IMG/VR virus record: IMGVR_UViG_2974511964_000001
Coordinates: 32,001-96,000 of that record
DNA: 64,000 nt
DNA from: a virus
Taxonomy: Duplodnaviria; Caudoviricetes
Direction: 5' to 3' (one strand)
A program made the translations under genes and the position numbers. The notes beneath the pieces were generated by a model. It saw only the letters and a list, made by a program, of their open reading frames with translations. It was not told the origin of the DNA and made no database searches. Shown piece after piece: positions 1 to 10,258 of this stretch (positions are counted from its first letter, which is position 1; every line of letters starts with the position of its first letter).

Positions 1-696
1 ATGGCAACATTTTATAAACAATATGTAATTAAGAAAGATGATACGGTTCAAAGTATTGCATTCTCACAGTTGGGTAGCACAGACTATTGGACTGATTTAG
101 TTGAACAGAACAATCTAGTATATCCCTATATTGTTGCTACAAATGCTGATAGAATGAAAGACCCTGAACATTTACTAAGCTATGGTGACAGAATGTTCTT
201 ACCAGTATCGAATAGTTTAGCAGACCTTAATCTATCAAGTGTTAATACTTATAATCAAAACCAGATTTATGATGTGGCTATGGGTATGGACTTGGGTTTA
301 GATATTGATGCTACCAATGGTTATGATGAATCAATTGCCAAGCTAACAAGTGATGGTCAAGACTTAACAGTAGTTTCTGGGGTTAACAATTTAAAGCAAT
401 CAATTGCACTAAGGCTTCTAACTAGACGTGGAACATTGCTTAACCACCCAAACTATGGTACTGATTTAATGAATTATATTGGTGAAAACATTACAAATGA
501 AACATTACAGTTATTAAAAGTAGAAATAAAGAGAACTGTATCAACAGATGAACGTGTCAGTTCTGTAGATATCAACAAAGCTTATTTAGATGGTCCAAAA
601 GCACTTATTGTAGTTGAAATTACCCCAATAAGCGGTGGGGAAGCCTTTAAATTATTTGTTGAGCGGTCTGAAAATGGTACAGTTAAGATTAGATAG
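1..696 (+). CDS. Baseplate wedge protein (LysM-like N-terminus + gp25/GPW-like domain)
   Basis: N-terminal YVIKKDDTVQSIA; C-terminal NLKQSIALRLLTRRGTLLNHPNYG and DERV motifs of gp25-like proteins; precedes the baseplate J gene. Confidence 0.85.
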   Translation: MATFYKQYVIKKDDTVQSIAFSQLGSTDYWTDLVEQNNLVYPYIVATNADRMKDPEHLLSYGDRMFLPVSNSLADLNLSSVNTYNQNQIYDVAMGMDLGLDIDATNGYDESIAKLTSDGQDLTVVSGVNNLKQSIALRLLTRRGTLLNHPNYGTDLMNYIGENITNETLQLLKVEIKRTVSTDERVSSVDINKAYLDGPKALIVVEITPISGGEAFKLFVERSENGTVKIR

Positions 697-710
697 AAGG
701 AAGTGATTAT

Positions 711-2096
711 TTGGCTGATTCACTCAGATACAAAAAGGCATCAGAAGTGTTATCAACGATGACTGATTATGTATTAACACACACAAACAAGGTAAACGAC
801 TTTACAGAGGGTAGTGCTATTGAGACCCTACTTGAAGCTAGTTCACTTGAAACAGAAATGCTATATTATTTAACTTTACAAAACATTAAGGCTGGTATCC
901 AAGACGGTACTATGCAGGCGTTTGGATTCACTAGAAAACAAGCTACCTATGCATATGGCACAGTAAGGCTTACCTTTACTTCTGAGCTTACTACAAGTTT
1001 GTATATACCCAAAGGAACCCAATTCACCTGTAGTGATAACAATTACTCACAAGTATATCAAACACTAGATGAATATCAAATACCATCAGGTACTAATTAT
1101 GTAGATATTCCTGTATATTGCACTACTATGGGCGCATATGGCAATGTTCCGGCTAATACCATAGACACCACAACTGACATAACCTACTTAGACACAGTTA
1201 CAAATATAGAAGCATTCCAGACTGGAACAGACGAAGAAACCGTTCCCGATATGATTGTCAGATTTAGACAGATGATTCAGGCGCTACAAAGAGGAACTGT
1301 TCAAGCTCTTCAATATGGTGCAAAGAGTGTCGAAGGAATTGCTGGTGCCTATATATTTGAAAGTACCTATGGCTCTGTAGTTGTATACTGTCATGATGCT
1401 AATGGTGATTTGTCAAATGATTTGCAAACCGCAGTAACCAATGAATTGTATTACTGGAAAGCTGCCGGAATTAGAGTATCCGTGCAACCTGTTCATAAAA
1501 CAACTGTTGATTTAACTATCGGAATTAATGTTCCTGATACTACTCTACACACAGATGATTTTCTATCTGCTGTAAAGTTGAGAATGGAAAATTACTTAAA
1601 TTCATATACTGTTGGTCAACCAGTATATACCAGTGACCTAATTCAAAATGTAATGGATATTTCTGATTGGGGCATTGTTGATACTGAGATAGAAGCACAG
1701 GCAAACATTGATGATACCCTTAGTGGTAAAACAGCTGTTGATGAAGATTCGTACATTAACATAAATGGTATGGATGTTAAGTCACAAGACTTACAGCCTA
1801 TTGACATATCTAAGGACAACACCTATGGCATTATCACACTTAATAAAAACACTAAGACAAATAATAACAATTCAGTATCATATGCTGATGCTGTTACTGA
1901 TACTGATGCGGATACTGGTGAACAAACGGTAGAACCAATTCAGATTGAATCTAAATACAATACGGCTGGCAATGAATTAGTCAAAGCCGGAACTATAACT
2001 GTTTACTTTGTAGACAACGAAGATGCTTCAAATGTTGATTTTGGTAATGACGAAACATCTACCGGGGACACCTTCTTAGACATATTTAATAACTAG
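711..2096 (+). CDS. Baseplate J-like protein with acidic C-terminal extension
   Basis: IPKGT, GAYGNVPANTI, GTDEET..RF and KAAGI motifs; TTG start after AGGAAG. Confidence 0.85.
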   Translation: MADSLRYKKASEVLSTMTDYVLTHTNKVNDFTEGSAIETLLEASSLETEMLYYLTLQNIKAGIQDGTMQAFGFTRKQATYAYGTVRLTFTSELTTSLYIPKGTQFTCSDNNYSQVYQTLDEYQIPSGTNYVDIPVYCTTMGAYGNVPANTIDTTTDITYLDTVTNIEAFQTGTDEETVPDMIVRFRQMIQALQRGTVQALQYGAKSVEGIAGAYIFESTYGSVVVYCHDANGDLSNDLQTAVTNELYYWKAAGIRVSVQPVHKTTVDLTIGINVPDTTLHTDDFLSAVKLRMENYLNSYTVGQPVYTSDLIQNVMDISDWGIVDTEIEAQANIDDTLSGKTAVDEDSYININGMDVKSQDLQPIDISKDNTYGIITLNKNTKTNNNNSVSYADAVTDTDADTGEQTVEPIQIESKYNTAGNELVKAGTITVYFVDNEDASNVDFGNDETSTGDTFLDIFNN

Positions 2097-2112
2097 AAAG
2101 GGGAGAAGCTAA

Positions 2113-4821
2113 GTGTCACTGTTATCATTTTTACACCCGCTATGGAAACGTAGCCTAAATGAATACGATGATAGCGTTAATAGCGCTGTTATTGGTGCAT
2201 TAAACCAATCCCTTTCTAAGTCGGAAGAAGACATGGTGCAATCTAAAGTTGAGAGTTATCTCTCTACGGCTGATGCTAAGTGGTTGGACTACTGGGGGTA
2301 TTGGTTTGGTGAGCGCCGTAAATCTGGTTGGTCTGACGATTATTATCGTAGTCGTATTGTCAATCATGTTGAACATGCTAGAGGAACCGTTGATGCTCTA
2401 AGAGATGCCATTGCAGATTTTATAAATACTAATAAAGACAATATTTATATATACGAGCCTTATCGTGACATGTTCATATGGAACAGCTCAAAATACAATA
2501 CAAACAAATACTTTTCTAGCACTTATTACCGGTATGCTGTTATTGATATTCAGATAAGTGCAAGCTACCCTAAAGAGATTGTATCAATAATCAATTTATT
2601 TAGGCCAGCTGGGGTATTATGGGTTTTGACAGAAACTGTCAATAGTCGTAATTCTGATGCGCCTATAATTGATATTAAGAATCCTAAAGATGCATTTGTA
2701 CCGAAAATTGAAAATGACTTTATGTTTGGTTTAAGGAAACGCACAAGGCTAATTATTAATCCATCAAATGATAAATATGAGTCGGTTACTAATCCGTTTA
2801 CTTATAATAAGAAAGACTCCCTGTTTAACAACCGAAATTCATTATTCATGGGAGCGACTCAGACAAGCAAAAGATATTCTTTTGTCGGACAGCCTCTATT
2901 TGACTATACCCCAACTGCTAATGATACCTTAGAAAGTTCAAGCTATAAGGTTGAACAACTAAGTAACCCTGATATTACTAGTATATCTACTAAGAATGGC
3001 CGAGGGAAAACGTTTGATTTTAACCCAGTTAAAGACAACCTAATTAGTAATGCTAGTGACTATATCAATGGTGTTAAATTAAATAGTAATACAGGTAATC
3101 CTAACCTAGCACTAGGAACTGCTACGCCGTTCACAATGACTGGTAATGGTTCTGAAAATAATGCAGATTACATGTATCACCTATCGAGAAAAATAGCAAA
3201 GGGGACTACTGTTACTGTAGCCTTTGATATTACGACACAAAATCCAACAGGTAAATACACTTTTCAATTTGCAGGAGGTTTATGGCAGGGAGTCTATCCC
3301 GCGTTACCACTGGTGTCTGGAACACACCATCAATCATATACTATTGTGACAGACAATGACTATTCAGATGGTGTTCGACTGCGACTATATAACTCAACGG
3401 AAACAGTGACTGTTTCTAACTTCATTATCTCTGAGTCTCCAACAGAGGTAGCTTGGATTCCTGCTCCGTCAGAGCAAACTACTAGTCAAAGTGGTAGCTT
3501 AGTAATACCTATTGCGAATGTAAATCCAGATGGTGTATATAGTTTTTCTACTGTTTCAATGTCAGATAAGGACTCGTCAAATGCTAGCCTTAATTTAGTA
3601 TTAAAGGATAAATTAGGAAATGATATAACTAGTAATATAACTACTAGCATTTCAAGTGGGAAGAATATATTACGTATCAATCCAAAAACTAGCACTAATT
3701 TTTCTAGCAACGGATATGCTGTCATAAGTTTCAGTGGAATTAGCAATACAGATAACATATCAATAAGTCTACTGTGCTTAAAGTTTTCTAAATCACTGGA
3801 TGTTACTAATCGAAACTTGCTAACCGGTACTGGTTCTCGTACTGTTACAGGTACAGGATTATGGGTATCAGGTTACCTTTCAAATGAAACTACTAATGAT
3901 TTTATATCTCTATTTCATGGATTAGAAGGGGAAACGGTAACGATATCAGTTGACTATGCATATCAAGGGTTTGTTAAAGGAAGCAGTCAAAACAAGATAG
4001 GTTGGGAAGTAGGCATAGTTACAGATAGCACAACCACCTATCAGGGTTGTTGGTATTATGCTGATTCTTCTACTAATAGTTCAGGTTCCGGTAGAATGTC
4101 ACACACATTTGTAGTACCAGAAAATGTAACAAGCATTAGTGGAAGTGCTAAGGGCTGGGTTGAATTTTCTGGTTCTGGGACTGGAACTTTAAGTCATCTT
4201 AAATTGGAAAAAGGAAGTGTAGCTACCCCATGGAGTCCTGCACCAGAAGATAGCATAGAGGGTAATACGGATAACACTAACCCTATAAGTTGGGCACAAT
4301 CTGCTGATGAAGAAACAAATACACCAACAAAATTAGCTGATGTAATTGACTTAAAAGGTTTTATAAATGATAATTATAAAACTTTAGGAACAACCATAAC
4401 AAATAAAGAGCTTAATGACTTATTTGATACTAAGAAACTTCATCTGGTTATTAGGACTGTTAACGCTACATCTGATTCACTGACAATTAGATTCTTTAAT
4501 TTTAATACTAATCTATGGGTAACATATGGTAAATTTGACATTGCCGGTAGTTATACAGATATATTTGTTAAGTTAGACGATATTACACCGTTGATGAATG
4601 CAAAGTCTTTGATGTATGCATCAATAGAATTTTCTAACGATAGAAGCATATCCGTTAACCTAGACTATATTGGTTTATCGTTATCTAATAGTGAAGATGG
4701 ATACAGTGTTAAAATGTTTTCAGACCAGTCTCCATATGGTATTGAATCACAGAGTGTAATGGGGCCATTTACAATTTCTAAATCTTCTGTTTCGAGAGCA
4801 TATATTAGCCCATCAGAATAG
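2113..4821 (+). CDS. Baseplate/tail protein carrying inserted carbohydrate-binding-like modules
   Basis: WLDYWGYWFG..R..GWSDD.YR.RI and FRPAGV wedge motifs; two internal NL..GT...W.PAP(S/E)E/D modules. Confidence 0.75.
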   Translation: MSLLSFLHPLWKRSLNEYDDSVNSAVIGALNQSLSKSEEDMVQSKVESYLSTADAKWLDYWGYWFGERRKSGWSDDYYRSRIVNHVEHARGTVDALRDAIADFINTNKDNIYIYEPYRDMFIWNSSKYNTNKYFSSTYYRYAVIDIQISASYPKEIVSIINLFRPAGVLWVLTETVNSRNSDAPIIDIKNPKDAFVPKIENDFMFGLRKRTRLIINPSNDKYESVTNPFTYNKKDSLFNNRNSLFMGATQTSKRYSFVGQPLFDYTPTANDTLESSSYKVEQLSNPDITSISTKNGRGKTFDFNPVKDNLISNASDYINGVKLNSNTGNPNLALGTATPFTMTGNGSENNADYMYHLSRKIAKGTTVTVAFDITTQNPTGKYTFQFAGGLWQGVYPALPLVSGTHHQSYTIVTDNDYSDGVRLRLYNSTETVTVSNFIISESPTEVAWIPAPSEQTTSQSGSLVIPIANVNPDGVYSFSTVSMSDKDSSNASLNLVLKDKLGNDITSNITTSISSGKNILRINPKTSTNFSSNGYAVISFSGISNTDNISISLLCLKFSKSLDVTNRNLLTGTGSRTVTGTGLWVSGYLSNETTNDFISLFHGLEGETVTISVDYAYQGFVKGSSQNKIGWEVGIVTDSTTTYQGCWYYADSSTNSSGSGRMSHTFVVPENVTSISGSAKGWVEFSGSGTGTLSHLKLEKGSVATPWSPAPEDSIEGNTDNTNPISWAQSADEETNTPTKLADVIDLKGFINDNYKTLGTTITNKELNDLFDTKKLHLVIRTVNATSDSLTIRFFNFNTNLWVTYGKFDIAGSYTDIFVKLDDITPLMNAKSLMYASIEFSNDRSISVNLDYIGLSLSNSEDGYSVKMFSDQSPYGIESQSVMGPFTISKSSVSRAYISPSE
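4774..4814 (+). repeat. 41-bp perfect direct repeat, copy 1 (copy 2 at 42089-42129)
   Basis: ATTTCTAAATCTTCTGTTTCGAGAGCATATATTAGCCCATC at both sites. Confidence 0.95.
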
Positions 4822-4916
4822 ACCCTGAGCACGGTAAGATTGAGCACTACCCATTAGCTTAATTTGAAGCTAATTAGATTTATTATATGTTAAAATTATA
4901 TAAGAGGTGATAATTA

Positions 4917-5441
4917 ATGGCAATTGCCACTGAAACGGCTCATATTAGCCAAGCTATTGCATTTTCCAAAAGAACAGATTTATGGCTTGAACTAGCTAAG
5001 AGCTCTAAATGGACTGATGAAACAGAACCAGACGCTGAATCAACTTCAACGACAGCACTAACTGAACCTTTAGTTTATGCTAAAGTAAACCAGATTAATT
5101 TAATTCACAAGAAACCATCTGATGACACAAGCGCTGACCCTTCTGATATTATCATATATGGCGGTCAAAAATGGCTACCAGTAAGTGAATCAGATGCATA
5201 TAAGAATGATGCTAGATTTGTGTTGTTTACTGTAAGCATTGATGTAGGAGCAGTTCCTACCTTCTCATGGCGTCAATCCGGCATTGTGGATGGCGTTGTA
5301 CTAGCAAACGGTACTACTGGATTAATCGCTACTGCTGACAAGGTTACTAGTGTAGGAAACTTATACATGTATGATAACCACGTAGTAAACAATTATACTG
5401 ATGATATGAAGCTAGTAATTAGCTACGTAGCAGAATTTTAA
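4917..5441 (+). CDS. Conserved baseplate/tail structural protein
   Basis: MAIAT..AH, W.DE..P motif; position in the SPO1/Twort-like baseplate cluster. Confidence 0.7.
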   Translation: MAIATETAHISQAIAFSKRTDLWLELAKSSKWTDETEPDAESTSTTALTEPLVYAKVNQINLIHKKPSDDTSADPSDIIIYGGQKWLPVSESDAYKNDARFVLFTVSIDVGAVPTFSWRQSGIVDGVVLANGTTGLIATADKVTSVGNLYMYDNHVVNNYTDDMKLVISYVAEF

Positions 5442-5463
5442 AAATAGGATGGTGAAATAATTA

Positions 5464-8400
5464 ATGCCAAAGTATGATGACAGTCAAAGCCCTTATAATA
5501 ATGGGTTTGACGCAAACAAAAGATTTTCAAAAGTATTGTTTCATCCGGGTCGTCCTGCGTTTTCACAGGAAATTCTCGAAATGGAATCAATGCAAAACTA
5601 TAACACAACCATGCTAGGTGACACCCTTTTCCAAGAAGGCGCAATCATATCTGGTATGAACGTTATTCCAAAGACATTTACAAATAATGGTGGAACAACT
5701 GTTAAGTACCCAAACAACTTCTCTGTAAAAACGGCCACAGCTATTAACAGTGCTCTGACAACAACAACTTATACCAGTGATGGCGTTATTGGTGTTAACT
5801 CTGTAGGTGCTGTTAAGACGGATTACCCCGGTATGTCGTTTGAAACTATGATTACAAAGGGTTTATATTCCACTCTTCACTTTAAGATAACAAAAACAAG
5901 TGGTACTCTTAGCAAGATTAGCTTTGACTATGATACTACAAAGATGACGCCCATATCATATAACATTGATAATAAAGCAGTAGCTACTGCTCTTAATGAC
6001 ATGACAGGTACTCCATTAGTTGATGCTAGTGGTAACCCAATTGCGCTTGACACAAACACGGACCATGATGTTGTTATTGTATTTCAAACTCTGGATTCTG
6101 CAAATACAAGCTTAAGCTTGATGCTTAATTCTGGGTACAATGCATTAACCACAGGTGTAAATGTTAATATTACAAACCTTATGTCAGAAGATGGCAAGGT
6201 TGCTCATGATTGGTCAATTAACTCTAATGATGGTAATGCTACCAGTTCAATTAACCGTACTAAGGTATATGGTATTTCTAGTGGGCGTATCTGGTTAGAG
6301 GGTGCTGTTAGGAGTTTTGATGGCGATGAAATATCAATTAAAGGTATTGGAACTGAAACAATTGGTGCAGTTCTAAATGAAACTGTTGTTACTTCTACTG
6401 ATGACTCAGATTTGCTTGACCATACTTCTGGTTCAGACACCTATGGTCTTGCCGGAGCCGATAGGACTAAGTATCAAGTAACCTTGACCTACAACGACCC
6501 AACGGCTACACCGATATTTGTATTTGTTGACAACCACCTTAACTCGAATGAGTTAAAACCAGACTATGGTTCATTAGGTCAAATACTTGCAAAGCGTATG
6601 TATGACCAGTCAGGTAGTTTCCGTGTTTCTGGGTTTGATGTATCTGTCAAAGATTATAGCCTAGACTCAAGTAAATTACAATTGGTTGTTGATGCTGGAC
6701 AAGCATATGTTCGTGGTTACTCAATTAATACCACTGAAAACACTAACCTTTTGATTGACAAGGCTGAACAAACTGAGGAAACCCCTAATGAGCAGTACAT
6801 TTATAATGCCGAAAACGGTGTTTATACTTTTGTTCAACAGCCTGTACAAACTGTTGCTAGTGTAACTGCTTCTGTTCAAGGTTCAAATGCCAGTGTTCCT
6901 CGCAGTTCTACTAGCATTACTGACCAATTTTCAACAGAGGCTGTGTATAGGATTGAGTCTGTTACACAGGGTTCAACAGCATATATTGAAGGTACTGACT
7001 TTGTTCGTATCAGTACAAACTCTATACGCTGGGGTCAAGATGCTAACGGTAATGTTTTAACTGGGGCTAAGATACCTAAGGCTGGTTCAACTTACCGAGT
7101 TGTATATGATTATACAAAAGTATTAACAGAAGACAAAGATTACAAGGTTATTGTTAATGGTGGTACAACTAAGCTTGATATTGCTAACCAGAATGGCCTT
7201 AAGCCTATTGCGGGTTCAATTGTCAATGTAGACTACGTATACTTCTTAGCTCGTATTGACATGATTCTAATCACTTCTGATATTAATAACCCATTTAAGA
7301 TTATAAAAGGTACACCGATGACGTTCTCAACGGTAACTCCACCGATTGTTAATGACCCTTATACTCTTGAATTGGGTTATGTACTAGTATACCCAGGAAC
7401 TGGAGAAAACTTAGCAAATAAAGCGTTGTTCACAATGCAAACAGTTACTAATATTCCATTCTCAGGTCTTCAAAAGTGGAGCACAAGACTAGATAACTTG
7501 GAATACAACTTGGCTGTACAGCAACTATCTGCTAAAGCAAAAGAGGACGAAGACCCAACAACTGTAAAGGACGCTTTCTCAGACAGTTTCAACAGTGTAA
7601 ACACTGCTGATACTTTTCATGATGGTTTTGCCGTTGACTATGCACCTGAGGAAGGCGAACTAAGAATGCCTACTCAGTATACGTATACTGCCATTCCAAC
7701 GGTAGCTGAGGATTACAGCACAAGTGCTAGAATTTGGCATACTTCTGATATTTCGTCTCAGGCGCTCGCAACTTCTGGGCTATCTAGTTCCAGTGGTGTG
7801 ATTGACCAACAGCAACTTTTATCAACAGGTATTATAAATGTTAATGAGTATCAAGTTTTCAATGTTAATGGGGTACTTAAGTTAATACCCGATACAGATA
7901 ACTGGATTGATACAACTAGCACAACTGTGATAGATACTAGTTCTAGAGTTAAGAAATTACGGCTTAATCAGTTCTGGAAGAGTGACCCAAAGAATTACAG
8001 CCGTTATTACAAAGGGGATACTCTTAATTATTTCAACAAGATAACTTTAGATAATGGTCAAAAGTGGACTACGACAAGGACTAATTCAACCTATTCTGGA
8101 TATATTATTTCAAGCGGTGGTACCAAAACTGTTAGTTCTGCTATTGAATATATGAGACAGCGTAAGGTTCAGTTTGTTGCTAGGAACTTTGAACCATATA
8201 CTGATAATGTTCAAGCAACCATTACTTCAATACCAGTTGAACAAGTTGGTTGGGGCCCAGATATGAACGTTGATGGCGGTGGTGGCCCATACAGGGGTTC
8301 AGCCCATAACTCATGGAAGGCTGATAGTAACGGAATGATTTATGGTAGCTTTATGATTCCTGCTGGCTTAAAGTGTGGTACTAGAACAGTTAGTCTGTTT

Positions 8401-9729
8401 AACTCAACTAACCAAGCAACAGCAACCTATACTGCACATGGTACGTTAAAGAACGTTGAGAATATCATCAATAAACAAAGGTATGCCGTTACTCTGTATG
8501 ACCCATTGGCTCAAAGTTTCACCTTTACAGAAAACAGACATCTACAAGGTGTTGACTTATTCTTCCAGAGTAAAGCTACAACCAATATATCTGGTCATAC
8601 CTCAGATGTTGTTATCCAAGTTCGTGAATTGAGTGATGATGGTTATCCAAATAAGACAATCAGGGCTGAAATAGATTTGTCACCTAGTCAAGTTAACACT
8701 AGCAAAGATGGTTCGGTAGCAACTCATATTGATTTTGAACGTCCTATCCAGTTAACTGGTACAAATGGATACTGTATAATCATTATTACCGATAGCAACC
8801 AGTATAATGTTTTTAAGGCTACTCGTGGAGAACGACGTCTTGATAACAATAATGTCATGCAATCACGTCCTAGTGACAACGGTAACTTATTTACTAGTTC
8901 TAACGCCCAAACTTGGGTTGCAGACCCTAATTCATCATTGAAGTACAAGCTTTATACCACTAGGTATAATACCCGTTCTACAATTACGTGGAATCCTGTT
9001 TCACTTAATTCTGTATACTTTGATAATTCTAATAGGGTTCCTGTATCTACTATGGATAGGTTCACAGTATTGACATCTTATTTAACTCCAGACTCAACAG
9101 CTATTAACTTCTACTACAGGTTATTACCGGACTCATCAGCTTCTAATGCTAATATCTCTAATATTCCTTGGAACCCACTAGTAGTTGTTAATGATAATAC
9201 TTCTTCTTCGACCAACAGTACCGGCAAAAATGCTGATGATATCACTGGTGAATACGCAATGTCATCTAATACTCGTCAAATTCAGATAAAGGCTGATATT
9301 GTGTCAACTTCTACCAATTCTCCATTGCTAGAATTGGACGATTTAACAATTGCATTCATGAAAGCAAACACAGTGGGTAACTACTATAGTGTTAACGTTG
9401 ATGAATCTGGCAGTGCTGAGTTTAACACAGTTAAGATGCAGTATGATGCATATATTCCTACGGGTACCTCTGTAACACCAACGTATAGTGTTGATGGTGG
9501 TAACACTTGGTATACACTAACAAGTACAGGTACAGGAACTGCCACGCCTGAATCTTCTGAGCAGATTAGCCCATTGTTCAAGCGGTATATCTATAATGGC
9601 AAAGTTCCTACTGCTACAGATATAAACCACTTGGCAAATCAAATTATGTTTAATCTTAACATGAAGACTAATAGCAACTTTATTAAGCCTCGTGTACGTA
9701 AGTTGATGACGACAATGAGTAACAAATAA
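5464..9729 (+). CDS. Large adsorption-associated baseplate/tail protein (DUF4815-like)
   Basis: PY..F...K.F.KVLF.PGR...E..E.QS N-terminus; GADR and DPLAQSF motifs; 1421 aa. Confidence 0.8.
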   Translation: MPKYDDSQSPYNNGFDANKRFSKVLFHPGRPAFSQEILEMESMQNYNTTMLGDTLFQEGAIISGMNVIPKTFTNNGGTTVKYPNNFSVKTATAINSALTTTTYTSDGVIGVNSVGAVKTDYPGMSFETMITKGLYSTLHFKITKTSGTLSKISFDYDTTKMTPISYNIDNKAVATALNDMTGTPLVDASGNPIALDTNTDHDVVIVFQTLDSANTSLSLMLNSGYNALTTGVNVNITNLMSEDGKVAHDWSINSNDGNATSSINRTKVYGISSGRIWLEGAVRSFDGDEISIKGIGTETIGAVLNETVVTSTDDSDLLDHTSGSDTYGLAGADRTKYQVTLTYNDPTATPIFVFVDNHLNSNELKPDYGSLGQILAKRMYDQSGSFRVSGFDVSVKDYSLDSSKLQLVVDAGQAYVRGYSINTTENTNLLIDKAEQTEETPNEQYIYNAENGVYTFVQQPVQTVASVTASVQGSNASVPRSSTSITDQFSTEAVYRIESVTQGSTAYIEGTDFVRISTNSIRWGQDANGNVLTGAKIPKAGSTYRVVYDYTKVLTEDKDYKVIVNGGTTKLDIANQNGLKPIAGSIVNVDYVYFLARIDMILITSDINNPFKIIKGTPMTFSTVTPPIVNDPYTLELGYVLVYPGTGENLANKALFTMQTVTNIPFSGLQKWSTRLDNLEYNLAVQQLSAKAKEDEDPTTVKDAFSDSFNSVNTADTFHDGFAVDYAPEEGELRMPTQYTYTAIPTVAEDYSTSARIWHTSDISSQALATSGLSSSSGVIDQQQLLSTGIINVNEYQVFNVNGVLKLIPDTDNWIDTTSTTVIDTSSRVKKLRLNQFWKSDPKNYSRYYKGDTLNYFNKITLDNGQKWTTTRTNSTYSGYIISSGGTKTVSSAIEYMRQRKVQFVARNFEPYTDNVQATITSIPVEQVGWGPDMNVDGGGGPYRGSAHNSWKADSNGMIYGSFMIPAGLKCGTRTVSLFNSTNQATATYTAHGTLKNVENIINKQRYAVTLYDPLAQSFTFTENRHLQGVDLFFQSKATTNISGHTSDVVIQVRELSDDGYPNKTIRAEIDLSPSQVNTSKDGSVATHIDFERPIQLTGTNGYCIIIITDSNQYNVFKATRGERRLDNNNVMQSRPSDNGNLFTSSNAQTWVADPNSSLKYKLYTTRYNTRSTITWNPVSLNSVYFDNSNRVPVSTMDRFTVLTSYLTPDSTAINFYYRLLPDSSASNANISNIPWNPLVVVNDNTSSSTNSTGKNADDITGEYAMSSNTRQIQIKADIVSTSTNSPLLELDDLTIAFMKANTVGNYYSVNVDESGSAEFNTVKMQYDAYIPTGTSVTPTYSVDGGNTWYTLTSTGTGTATPESSEQISPLFKRYIYNGKVPTATDINHLANQIMFNLNMKTNSNFIKPRVRKLMTTMSNK

Positions 9730-9817
9730 CAAATATATTGGGGAGATTTCATTCTCCTCTTTATATTACATATATGAGAGGGAAACCTCTAAATAAAATA
9801 CAAAGGAGTATTAATAT

Positions 9818-10258
9818 ATGGAATTTCTAAAGAAAGAATTATCTTCAATTAAGGCAGGATTCAAGGAAAATATCCACAAGAAACAATATTGGGTATATGC
9901 TTTGTCTATCTTAATACCGATAATTGTTGCTGTTTATAGTGAATTAGGCCGTTCAGTTGACACTAACACTTTAGTTGTATTAGGTAATATATTACTTGGT
10001 ATTTTGGGTATTAGTGGATTATTCTCCGCAAGTAGTAGTGTCCCAGATGAAAAACTAAATCCAGAAGAAATTGCTTCTAAAGCCAAAGAATTAACTGATG
10101 CTTTAGAACCATTGACAAGCGCTTTAAAAGATGCCGGTACAACAGTATCAACAACCACTGCTAGTCTACAAAAGACAAAAGCAATCGTTGATTCAATTGA
10201 TACTACTGATTCTAAGGCAACCATGGATGTATCAGAAAATAAGGAGGCTGGCAAGTAA
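9818..10258 (+). CDS. Holin
   Basis: Two predicted TM segments; directly upstream of the endolysin, overlapping it at TAATG. Confidence 0.7.
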   Translation: MEFLKKELSSIKAGFKENIHKKQYWVYALSILIPIIVAVYSELGRSVDTNTLVVLGNILLGILGISGLFSASSSVPDEKLNPEEIASKAKELTDALEPLTSALKDAGTTVSTTTASLQKTKAIVDSIDTTDSKATMDVSENKEAGK

